Below, piece by piece: positions 17,778 to 26,400 of a stretch of DNA of 64,000 bases. The notes under the pieces are model-generated. The model was given only the letters and a program-made list of their open reading frames with translations, was not told where the DNA came from and did not search any database. The stretch spans positions 2,892 through 66,891 of the forward strand of contig OMIX01000089.1 in NCBI GenBank assembly GCA_900299195.1. Reading direction: 5' to 3'. Source of the stretch: Deltaproteobacteria bacterium (GTDB lineage Bacteria; Bdellovibrionota; FAC87; UBA2466). The translations under genes were made by a program, and so were the position numbers. How positions within the stretch are numbered: position 1 is the stretch's first letter; the number at the start of each line of letters is the position of its first letter.

Positions 17778-19562
17778 ATGAACTCAAAAACACCCTTTTT
17801 GGTCTTTTACATGGGATTAATGACTCTGGCCCCGACTGGAACTTTGATTGCAGACCGCAGCTCTTCTCGCTGGGATAGACTAGAAAAGCAACTTAAAGAA
17901 GATTCCCATGACCCTGATTTCCCACAAAGAGTCAAAGAGCTTTCAGACTTTCTTAAGAAAACCCAGCGCCCTTCCTCGAAACAAAAAAACTCAAAAGATG
18001 CCCAAGATTGCGATTGCGAGCCAGAGTCTCTAAAGTCTCCGTTTCACAACCCAAAAACAGCAGATTTGAAACCTCACAACTCTTTAATTACGAATGCCTG
18101 CTTCGATTGTCACTCTTCCCCCAACAGTGGTTTTAAGCTAACTCCATGGATTGATGATAAACAGGAATGGGAGCGAAGACTCAAATCTACGACTGCAGAG
18201 GAAAAACTTGAAGCGGAGAAATTATTAGGTCAGCTTTATCGAACTTTGGTTGATGGAAACAACATGCCTCCTGCTAGCGAATCCACCCTTCGACAACAAT
18301 TTAAAAAACATCCGAACCATGCAACTTTTGTTTCATTTATCAAAGAAAAATTTGAACAACTGCCGCAAAATGCAGTCAATACTCAAACAAGAAAAGCTGC
18401 TTCCAATCGGGTATCAGTCATGGAAGAAAAACTTGAAAACCACTACCGCAGTCTATTACCGAAAGTATCAAGTCAAACGCTGAACAACTTGTTTTCCGAC
18501 CCTAACCTTATTTTTATGGATGAAACTCACTTGGTGGCTGGTTATCAAGATCCAAGCCCCAAGGCAATGGGAGAAAGAACGACAACTTTAGGTTTTAAGG
18601 GTGCGGGTTTTGCCAAAGATGCACCCTATTTGGATAGCAAGGGACATTTAAAATTATGGACGACAGGGTTTGGAGTGGATCAAAGCCCCAACCTTAAACG
18701 GTTCCACTTTTTACAACTTCCCCAAAATGAAATGGGCGAACTTCAAAAGATCAAGGTCTCAAGCCGAAGATCAGCGTCTCCAGATGACGGTATTGTTTAC
18801 GATTGGAAATTTCCCTTGGGAACCGTTTCTGGAGAAGTGATCGCTAGTGTAGACTCTGAAGGCAAAGAGCATGTTCTGGAAGTTAGATTACGAACGAAAG
18901 ATAATTCAGAAGGCCCCTGGGGTGCAGATATTTTCAGACCTTATCCCACCAAAACTATTTTAATGGATGAACTCCTGAAAATCTCTCAAAGCAATAGTCC
19001 GCTTGCATCCGAAGCGGACAGGGTGATGAAAGAGCTTAAACTTCCAGGAAGATTAACGCCACAAAGCTCCGGAATGCACGGCTACCAGAGAGGCGAACTC
19101 AATTCCGATGGTGGCACAGAAGTCTTGCCTGAAATGTCTGAAGCCTTAACAAAAAGATTACTTCAAGTCCCCTTTCAATCCTCACTCGGATCTGAATGGG
19201 ACAGAAATGAAAAAGTTAAAGCCTTTGGGGCAACTTCCGACCAACCTTTTAGTATCGTGCCTCAAAATAACACTGAGGGAAGTGTGCAAGTGGGGCGTGA
19301 AAGTTGCGGACGCTGTCATAAAAACAGTAACACACCCATCAGAGATTTTTTCAATCCCAACCACCCCAAATATTACTCTTCAATTGTGGCTTATGGAAAT
19401 ACCCCAGGCAGCGATCAGCAATTACGTTTCCACCCGTTTGACCAGGAATTGTTTAAATGGTTTGGAAATGACACCTACGAAAAAAAAATCGGAAAAGCGG
19501 ATAACCGAGAGTTTAATCCAGCACTCAAACCTATTTTGGAAATACTTCCGTCCAAAAAATAG
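17778..19562 (+). CDS. Exported protein with two CxxCH haem-c motifs (putative c-type cytochrome domain protein)
   Basis: Signal peptide. CFDCH at 18099-18113 is followed ~60 aa later by NMPP, a possible Met ligand as in class I cytochrome c. CGRCH at 19305-19319. The ~400 aa between them has no recognisable fold. Confidence 0.55.
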   Translation: MNSKTPFLVFYMGLMTLAPTGTLIADRSSSRWDRLEKQLKEDSHDPDFPQRVKELSDFLKKTQRPSSKQKNSKDAQDCDCEPESLKSPFHNPKTADLKPHNSLITNACFDCHSSPNSGFKLTPWIDDKQEWERRLKSTTAEEKLEAEKLLGQLYRTLVDGNNMPPASESTLRQQFKKHPNHATFVSFIKEKFEQLPQNAVNTQTRKAASNRVSVMEEKLENHYRSLLPKVSSQTLNNLFSDPNLIFMDETHLVAGYQDPSPKAMGERTTTLGFKGAGFAKDAPYLDSKGHLKLWTTGFGVDQSPNLKRFHFLQLPQNEMGELQKIKVSSRRSASPDDGIVYDWKFPLGTVSGEVIASVDSEGKEHVLEVRLRTKDNSEGPWGADIFRPYPTKTILMDELLKISQSNSPLASEADRVMKELKLPGRLTPQSSGMHGYQRGELNSDGGTEVLPEMSEALTKRLLQVPFQSSLGSEWDRNEKVKAFGATSDQPFSIVPQNNTEGSVQVGRESCGRCHKNSNTPIRDFFNPNHPKYYSSIVAYGNTPGSDQQLRFHPFDQELFKWFGNDTYEKKIGKADNREFNPALKPILEILPSKK

Positions 19563-19600
19563 CTCAGTGTTTTTTGAGTTCTTTTTTTTAACTCAGGCTT

Positions 19601-20941
19601 TTAAAGTTCTGTAGCTTTTTCAAGCCGTTGAATCCGTTTCAAGAATGCCCCAGCTTGAAAGCGTAGCTTAGGAATCCAATAATAGGGTTTAAATTCTAAA
19701 AATCGTCTCTGATAGATCGATAGATATCTTTGTACTTGTTCTTGCGAATAAGCCAGTCCATTATCGGCATATTTACCCACATAAATCGAAAAGTCAGAAT
19801 TGAGATCTTGAGTCGTCCACTTCCCATTCAGAGTAACTTTCATAAAATTGCCAATTAATAAATCCTCAAAAATTCCAAGCTGAATCGAAAGCATGAGCGA
19901 ATTTCTTGGAACTTCAAAAGTGATTCCTCTTTGAAATTGTCTAGTTTTCCAAGTCACACGATTATCTACACCGCCAACCCGCACATTGATAAAATCTAAA
20001 TAGTTTCCAAGATGTTCAATCCGCTTAAAATACTTTTCGATCTGTTCAAAATCACCCTTGTGAAGGGGCTCATCCCAATCATCCCCAAATTCTTTACAAT
20101 TTCTAATTTTTATCGGCATAGATTCGGGACGAATTTCAATCCAGCTTTCACTATTAAAATCATACCGAATAAACGCCGGTAAAATCTGACTTATTTCTGA
20201 CTGATACCCTTCGTATAGGTCCTGCATCCTCCTGGAGTAATCATTGGCCCAAGCACTATCATTTCTTTGGAACGCATGGAAGGAACTACTAGGAACAAAA
20301 TACCGGGCTCCAAATCGCTCTGCCTTTTTTGCATTTTCGATACCCGCGGGCGGCCGATTCAAATACTCCTTTGGGACAATGAATTGTCCGTTCTCATCAT
20401 AGTAATTAAGCATATCGGCGATACCTAGCGATGAGATCGAGAAAAGAAATGAATTTTGATATTTTTTGCCTAAATTTTTGATGTAATGGTTTCTGCCAAA
20501 ATCAACAGCATCATTGCAGTTAATTAACAAATTATTTTTTACTTCAATAAGTAAAATCGAGTCCTGATACTGGTCTGACCAACATAAAACTCTGACATTC
20601 TCCGAAAGGGAATACCACTTTCTATCTTTGAGAACTGTAACATCATATCCTTCTGCTCTTAGACCAGAAGCAATGCGCCCTCCCACATGGTCTGCTAACA
20701 ATATCTTTCTGTCCTTGAATTTAGGAAGTGAGTCTGGGTTTAAGTGGTCTGGATGCCCATGCGAAAACCAAACATATTTTGCATTTAGGATCGATTCCAT
20801 CTGAACTTGGGGAATTTGGTAGTTACAAATCCAGCTACCAAAATAAGCGTCTGGAGTGATCCAAGGATCGGTCACTAAGATCGGGGCTTCATCGTGAACA
20901 ATGATGGTTGCATTACCAATCGTTTCAAATCCCAGCTTCAT
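19601..20941 (-). CDS. MBL-fold metallo-hydrolase with a long uncharacterised C-terminal region
   Basis: N-terminal beta-lactamase-fold motif YVWFSHGHPDH (HxHxDH). Confidence 0.65.
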   Translation of the reverse strand: MKLGFETIGNATIIVHDEAPILVTDPWITPDAYFGSWICNYQIPQVQMESILNAKYVWFSHGHPDHLNPDSLPKFKDRKILLADHVGGRIASGLRAEGYDVTVLKDRKWYSLSENVRVLCWSDQYQDSILLIEVKNNLLINCNDAVDFGRNHYIKNLGKKYQNSFLFSISSLGIADMLNYYDENGQFIVPKEYLNRPPAGIENAKKAERFGARYFVPSSSFHAFQRNDSAWANDYSRRMQDLYEGYQSEISQILPAFIRYDFNSESWIEIRPESMPIKIRNCKEFGDDWDEPLHKGDFEQIEKYFKRIEHLGNYLDFINVRVGGVDNRVTWKTRQFQRGITFEVPRNSLMLSIQLGIFEDLLIGNFMKVTLNGKWTTQDLNSDFSIYVGKYADNGLAYSQEQVQRYLSIYQRRFLEFKPYYWIPKLRFQAGAFLKRIQRLEKATEL

Positions 20942-21013
20942 GAAGCCCCCTCAGAAAGTGAACATGAAACTCTATTATATTAGCTACGTTAGGGGCTCTC
21001 AAGTAGCCATTTC

Positions 21014-22471
21014 TTAAAGGTTCAAATCCTCAACGCGGGACGAGAGACTGCGAAGAAAATCTTCTAACGCAGCTATTTCATGTTCACTCAAATTCAATGG
21101 CTTTAGCGTTTCCTCTCTAAAACCTACTCCAGAATGAGTCTCCATTTTGTTGTAGTGCTCCAGGACTTCCCTTAAAGTCTTCAATCTACCATCTCTCATG
21201 TATGGAGCAGTCTCTGCTACATTTCTTAGAGTCGGGGTTTTGAACGAACCAATCGCCTCTGGAGTTTCACTGTCCAAGAAATTGAGATCCCGACAGCTTT
21301 CGCTTTTTTGTCTTGAAGAATCTTTCAAAAATATTCCTTGGCAATTAAATCGGTCTTTTTTGACGGTCAACACACCTAAACTTCTCCCTAAATCAAACGG
21401 AGCCTGGCTTTGCGGAAGTCCAATATTGTGAAATTGATTGTCTTTAAAGTAGGGACCACTGTGACAAACATGGCAGGCCCCTTTTCCTAAAAAGATTTGA
21501 AACCCTAGAAACTCAGAGAAATTGAATTTCTCACTAAAATGAACTCTGGGGTCCGGATTTGAACTCTGCATCCACCTGCGGATAAATTGATCGAAAGCAG
21601 AATCTCTGGCAACAATGCCCTTTTCAAAGGCTTCAAAAGCCAGTCCAACGTTTGAGAAAACCCTATCTAACTCAAATCTTTGTTCACGATTCATTCTCCA
21701 GTAGTTAACTGATAATACATCTCCTTTTTGTGGAGATTGATTTCTTAATTTCTGGCGGAACTGTCGGATTTGCTGGGGTGAAAGTGTCAATTCATTCGAG
21801 CCGATTTCAGAGAGCAACTTTGGATTATCTGCTGAAACCATCGTATTTCTCACTACCCCATCAGAAAATTGAGGGCGTTCCCGCAAGGGACGCGCTTTAA
21901 AAGGGAGTGCCTTTTCCAATATTTTTGGAAAGGGGCCAAAAAGATTTTCGTAATCACTACGGGAGTTGTTTAAAATCCAGAAAGCTAATTCGGAACGAGT
22001 CAACCCCTGTTCACCCTCATCCTCAATGGGATTCAACGATTGTGCCGCCAACGAATCGGTGCGACCATCCCAGTAAAACCAAAAACTTGAAAAACTATTG
22101 ATGATAGTTGGGGTATTACGATCTCGTTGAGTTAAACCCTGTGCAGTAGTTTTACCATCCGTAAAGGATAGTTCTGGTTTATGACATGTCGCGCACGAAA
22201 TTTTCCCATTCTTGGATAAGCCAGTCTCGAAAAATAATTTTCTACCCCAATGAGCTAGTTCCCGATCTCTAGGGGTCAACTCGGGATCTTGGAAAACAAA
22301 AAACTGAGCCAACTTCCTAAGTTCGTTATCTGCCAATGGCTTGTTACCCATGGCGTCCCTTAACAATCTAGCCTGCTCTTTGGGAATCATGATGTACCGC
22401 CTGATGCCCACCATCCCAAGGACAATCAAAATCCATAAAAATAAAGTCAGCGAAAGTTTTTTAGAAATCAT
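21014..22471 (-). CDS. Di-haem cytochrome c peroxidase (CCP/MauG family) with N-terminal membrane anchor
   Basis: CATCHKPELSFTDG, RNTPTIIN, WDGR, second haem CHVCHSGPYFKDNQFHNIG, FKTPTLRNVAETAPYMRDG. Confidence 0.85.
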   Translation of the reverse strand: MISKKLSLTLFLWILIVLGMVGIRRYIMIPKEQARLLRDAMGNKPLADNELRKLAQFFVFQDPELTPRDRELAHWGRKLFFETGLSKNGKISCATCHKPELSFTDGKTTAQGLTQRDRNTPTIINSFSSFWFYWDGRTDSLAAQSLNPIEDEGEQGLTRSELAFWILNNSRSDYENLFGPFPKILEKALPFKARPLRERPQFSDGVVRNTMVSADNPKLLSEIGSNELTLSPQQIRQFRQKLRNQSPQKGDVLSVNYWRMNREQRFELDRVFSNVGLAFEAFEKGIVARDSAFDQFIRRWMQSSNPDPRVHFSEKFNFSEFLGFQIFLGKGACHVCHSGPYFKDNQFHNIGLPQSQAPFDLGRSLGVLTVKKDRFNCQGIFLKDSSRQKSESCRDLNFLDSETPEAIGSFKTPTLRNVAETAPYMRDGRLKTLREVLEHYNKMETHSGVGFREETLKPLNLSEHEIAALEDFLRSLSSRVEDLNL

Positions 22472-22887
22472 TTGTTATCAATGTTTAAAGGAGTTTCAAT
22501 TCGAGTGGTCCCTGTTTTATCCTTAATCAAAAACTGCAGTAACCAATTTCCCGGCATGTGAAACCTGACACCCTCCACCCGATACTCCAGCCTCGAAATT
22601 TTAATCACTTTGGCCTTAGTTACCATTCCATGGTTATGCTGGGGCATTCTGGCATCAAAGGTAAAATCGAGCACCTCCCCCGCCTGTTTCTCAATAGGAA
22701 GCAATGAAACTATCCATGTCGTATGCCGATTTAATTGAAATAGTTCAGCACCTTTTTCAGCTGCCTTGATAGATATTTGAAAGTTGGGAGTCCTCCATTC
22801 ATAAGCCAACCCCAGAGACGAAAAAAAACCAAAACTCATTATCCAAAGGCAACTGTAGCGGAAACAATTCAAAGATTTTTTCATCAT
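22468..22887 (-). CDS. Small periplasmic YtkA/FixH-like protein (putative metal-binding beta-sandwich)
   Basis: Signal peptide. MPQHNHGM and FHMPGNWLLQF blocks resemble the YtkA-like domain. ATGA overlap with the peroxidase gene. Confidence 0.45.
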   Translation of the reverse strand: MMKKSLNCFRYSCLWIMSFGFFSSLGLAYEWRTPNFQISIKAAEKGAELFQLNRHTTWIVSLLPIEKQAGEVLDFTFDARMPQHNHGMVTKAKVIKISRLEYRVEGVRFHMPGNWLLQFLIKDKTGTTRIETPLNIDNK

Positions 22888-22919
22888 AGTAATGATAATA
22901 TATCAGTCAGGATCTTAAG

Positions 22920-23978
22920 ATGACAATTCTACAAAAGAACAATTACCTGATTCGGTTTATTTGTTTTATATTCACATCGCTCTTTGCCTCATCAGCCCTT
23001 TCCAGTGATGGGCCTCAAAATAGTGGCCGTCTTCAATTGAAGGCCTCTCAGAACCACCAAGTCGAAGCTATCCTCCAAGTAGATCGGAAAGCGCTTCAAG
23101 AACTTTTTTCAACAGCTAATACAGAAAAAGCGGCTGAGTTTCTGAATTTCTTTTGGGTCAGTTCGCAAGAAGCTATCTGTCCAATGGCCTCCCCGTCTTC
23201 GTTGGCTAATGAAAATACTATCTCAACTACATTTATTCTGAATTGTCCTAAAGCTCCAGAACAACTTAAAATTCAACTCACCCAACTTGAATCACTGCCT
23301 AAGGGGTTCTCCCTAGGAGTAAGAACAAACTTTGAGCATTTTGTTTTGGATATTGATAATACCCAAAAAGAAACTTTTTTAAGTCCTTTTCAAATATTTT
23401 TTCGATCAGGTCTTTCGATATTTAGCTTTTTGGGAGCCCATTCCCAAGGATCACCGTTGGCTCTCTCACAACTTGGACGCCCGTTTCCGCTCTATTTTGG
23501 TGGGCTCAGTATTTTACCAGTGGGAATTTGGTGGCTTTTATTAGTGGCCGCGATTGGTGTATCAAATTTGAAATTTAAGCAAAAAGTATTAGCGGTAGGA
23601 ATGGCTATTTTTTTCTCGGGTTGGGTAGCTTACTTCATTTTGTTTTCTCAAATGTCACTCAGACTTCTTTCTGTTAACCAAATTAGTTTTAGTTACTTGG
23701 CCTGCATTTCCTATCTCACCTTTTTGAGTTTTCGAACCCCAACTGAGCAACAAAAGAAGGGGTGCCTGTTTTTGTTGATCGTACTTTCAATTTTTAGTGG
23801 ATTTGAATTTAGCCTGATGTTGAGATGGCTTGAAGGAAACCGGACAGTTCCTCTGGGAATTTGCATCTCGAGTTTTTTTGCTGGGCTCACACTCAACACC
23901 GCTATTCTCATGACTGCTTTTCTTATTTTAGGGTTTAGTCTTTATTCAGCGATAGCCTTGGCTTTTAAACTCATGTGA
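22920..23978 (+). CDS. Polytopic membrane protein with N-terminal periplasmic domain, unknown function
   Basis: Signal peptide, ~170 aa soluble region, then ~6 hydrophobic helices. Divergent from the YtkA-like/peroxidase pair. Confidence 0.5.
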   Translation: MTILQKNNYLIRFICFIFTSLFASSALSSDGPQNSGRLQLKASQNHQVEAILQVDRKALQELFSTANTEKAAEFLNFFWVSSQEAICPMASPSSLANENTISTTFILNCPKAPEQLKIQLTQLESLPKGFSLGVRTNFEHFVLDIDNTQKETFLSPFQIFFRSGLSIFSFLGAHSQGSPLALSQLGRPFPLYFGGLSILPVGIWWLLLVAAIGVSNLKFKQKVLAVGMAIFFSGWVAYFILFSQMSLRLLSVNQISFSYLACISYLTFLSFRTPTEQQKKGCLFLLIVLSIFSGFEFSLMLRWLEGNRTVPLGICISSFFAGLTLNTAILMTAFLILGFSLYSAIALAFKLM

Positions 23979-24057
23979 GCTCAGCCACTGTTTCTTTCTT
24001 TCGACCAGTAATAGGGATTAATACTTGGTTACTTTTGGTTTCAAAATAAAGAAAGTA

Positions 24058-25665
24058 TCAGGGGGTAGTGCTGCTCTTCTTAAAAATTAAGGAACGACTG
24101 CTGTTGTTTTTTATAAAATGATTCCCCTCAAAAGGTAATAAAGGTGATAATAAATTGAACGGACTAAGTCTTAACTCAATGGAATTGGCGGTCTCTCTGT
24201 TGCCAACGAGATAACGGTCTTTTTGATCTAAAAATAGAGCAATTCTTCCCGTATAAAAATCATAACTACCGCCTCGAAAGTCTTTGGCTGGCCAAAAGGA
24301 TTCGGTATGAATCATTCGTCCCACAAAATTCAATGGAGAAAATGGATTTTCCAAGTTGGAAGGTATTTTCTCAGCTGCGACTCCCACGTTAATTAACAAA
24401 TTATCAAAAGTATATGTACCGGAGAGAGACCCCACTGTAATTTTGTCGGTTGGAAGTTGAGGAAGTTTTGATTTCTGAAAGTAAAAAGTTCCCACCCTCC
24501 CAAAAAGTAGTGAATACCAAACCCCCTCGATAAAATCCTCATTAGCATTCGTAATTTCTAAGACCGCATCCATCTCGTTCACTTCAGTTAATGTGGGTTT
24601 GGCTAAGACAAAATGATTTGAATCTTCGGATAAAAAAACGGGGTCGTAGCGGTAAGTGAGAGCTTCTTGAGATTTAAAATCTCCAAAATAAAGTCTAAAC
24701 AAAGTTGAAAGCCCTATGGGTCCACCTTCGGTTTTTGGAGGCACTATAAAAAAATCTAAGTCAGCTGCTTGATACTCATTAAGCAACTCGTGATGAACAT
24801 ACCCTATGTAAGCGCCCTCCAACTTTCGAGGCTCGATAGTTCTTCTTTGGGAATGCTGGGGAAATTCAGAAGCGGTTGCGAAAAGTTGGGTATGAACCGA
24901 TGCATCCTCACTGGAAGTTTTTTTGTACTGACACGAACCACAGGTCATCCCAGATTCATTAATCAGACAATGCTGATTTTCATACCTACCAAAGAGATCT
25001 AGATTTTGGGTGTAGAAATTATAGGCTCCTGAGAAAAACAAGTTACGAACACAGTAATTGGTTTCCGTACATTGATTTGGGTTTTCAACTCCTATCTCGC
25101 CCACAATTTCATAGTCTGAAAAGGGATGGCCCGTTTTAGTCGTTTCTTGAATACTTCGATAAGTATAGAGCTGAAGCTTTTCTTTTTTGCCTGAGCAAAC
25201 TCCTTCATATTCTCCCCAAAGGGCATCTATCAGGGGATATTTCAGAGCCACTTTTCCATCTTTTCTTAAAATAAGTTCAGGGTGATCCGTAGTGAAGCTC
25301 GTTCGCAAAGTTCCTTTGAGCTCTTCTTCAGAAAACTTAGGAAAGGAAACACTAACCTCTTGATTGATTTGGTCAAAGACTAGCCAATCTCCATGAAGAT
25401 GAGCTGTATCAAAGTGAAAAGAAACATACTCCCGGCTTTTTAAATCACCAAAATAGAACTTGAGAAGCCCTAACCAACTGGAAGGCACTTCAGATTGCGG
25501 ATTAGCTACCAAATCCAAAGTGACATATTGGTCCCTCTGAATCGAATGATGACGAAGGACTCCAGTATATCGAAGTGAAGGAAGAGACGCTCCGGGAGAG
25601 GCAATAGTGAGCAACAATCCTAAAATAAATGATAGTTTGAATTGTTTTTGGAACGTCATTCTCAA
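24058..25665 (-). CDS. Exported protein of unknown function with an internal two-fold duplication
   Basis: Signal peptide. Blocks LLKFYFGDLKSREYVSFHFD and LFRLYFGDFKSQEALTYRYD lie ~250 aa apart within alignable modules. Confidence 0.55.
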   Translation of the reverse strand: MRMTFQKQFKLSFILGLLLTIASPGASLPSLRYTGVLRHHSIQRDQYVTLDLVANPQSEVPSSWLGLLKFYFGDLKSREYVSFHFDTAHLHGDWLVFDQINQEVSVSFPKFSEEELKGTLRTSFTTDHPELILRKDGKVALKYPLIDALWGEYEGVCSGKKEKLQLYTYRSIQETTKTGHPFSDYEIVGEIGVENPNQCTETNYCVRNLFFSGAYNFYTQNLDLFGRYENQHCLINESGMTCGSCQYKKTSSEDASVHTQLFATASEFPQHSQRRTIEPRKLEGAYIGYVHHELLNEYQAADLDFFIVPPKTEGGPIGLSTLFRLYFGDFKSQEALTYRYDPVFLSEDSNHFVLAKPTLTEVNEMDAVLEITNANEDFIEGVWYSLLFGRVGTFYFQKSKLPQLPTDKITVGSLSGTYTFDNLLINVGVAAEKIPSNLENPFSPLNFVGRMIHTESFWPAKDFRGGSYDFYTGRIALFLDQKDRYLVGNRETANSIELRLSPFNLLSPLLPFEGNHFIKNNSSRSLIFKKSSTTP

Positions 25666-25748
25666 GCTCCCAAAGGTCTCGGACAGAGTTCTAAAACATT
25701 TTGGGATTTAGATTCAACTTTAAAAAACTGAATAACAAGTTCTTAAAG

Positions 25749-26123
25749 CTAATGTGAGTTAGCTGCGCCTACACACTTGAGATCGGCTAATTCTCTAGGT
25801 CCTGCAAAAGTGGTTTCAGATAATTTTCCGTTCATATCCACTCCTGGAAGCTCCAGCTTAATCGTTGCAAAAAATCCTGCATCAGCCACACGTTGAGCTG
25901 TTCGACAATTTAAGAAGGCTTTTAACGTGTGGTCGGAGGGTTTGGGATATACAACGTTACATTTCATGTTTCCAAACTCGATATCCTCACCATTCACAGT
26001 AAGTTTAGCAGTTTGATGATTAGAGCTAACCTTGAGGTTCCATTTTCCACCACTGCAAAAAATAGGGGCTCCGAAAGAAAATTGAGATACGACCATGAAT
26101 CCCATTAACAAGTAAGTTTTCAT
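25749..26123 (-). CDS. Small exported protein, 4 Cys in the mature part, unknown function
   Basis: Signal peptide MKTYLLMGFMVVSQFSFGAP; no motif recognised. Confidence 0.45.
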   Translation of the reverse strand: MKTYLLMGFMVVSQFSFGAPIFCSGGKWNLKVSSNHQTAKLTVNGEDIEFGNMKCNVVYPKPSDHTLKAFLNCRTAQRVADAGFFATIKLELPGVDMNGKLSETTFAGPRELADLKCVGAANSH

Positions 26124-26400
26124 AAGTACTCCTTAAAAAAGTTACCCCTTTCTAACAGAAAATAACACATTGCGCAACCTGCGCTTTAAGGAATGCTGAC
26201 CTTCCCCCTTAATTAGTGTCAGTTTATGGCTTTAATTACAGCTTACAAGAGCACCACGGCTACTCTTCAACCTTGGTACTGTGAAGGAAATTTTTTGAGA
26301 GCCTCAGCGTAGGCAGGAGTAAGTCGTAAAAAATAATGTCCATTAATATTTTGCACTTCGCCCTACTCCAATGCTCAACATGACAAATTGTTTTTTGTAA

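Noticed and set aside
19207-19614. 135-aa alternative-frame ORF overlapping the end of the two-CxxCH gene
   Set aside because: It is out of frame with a supported CDS whose second haem motif lies in the same stretch. It has no RBS and a low-complexity translation.
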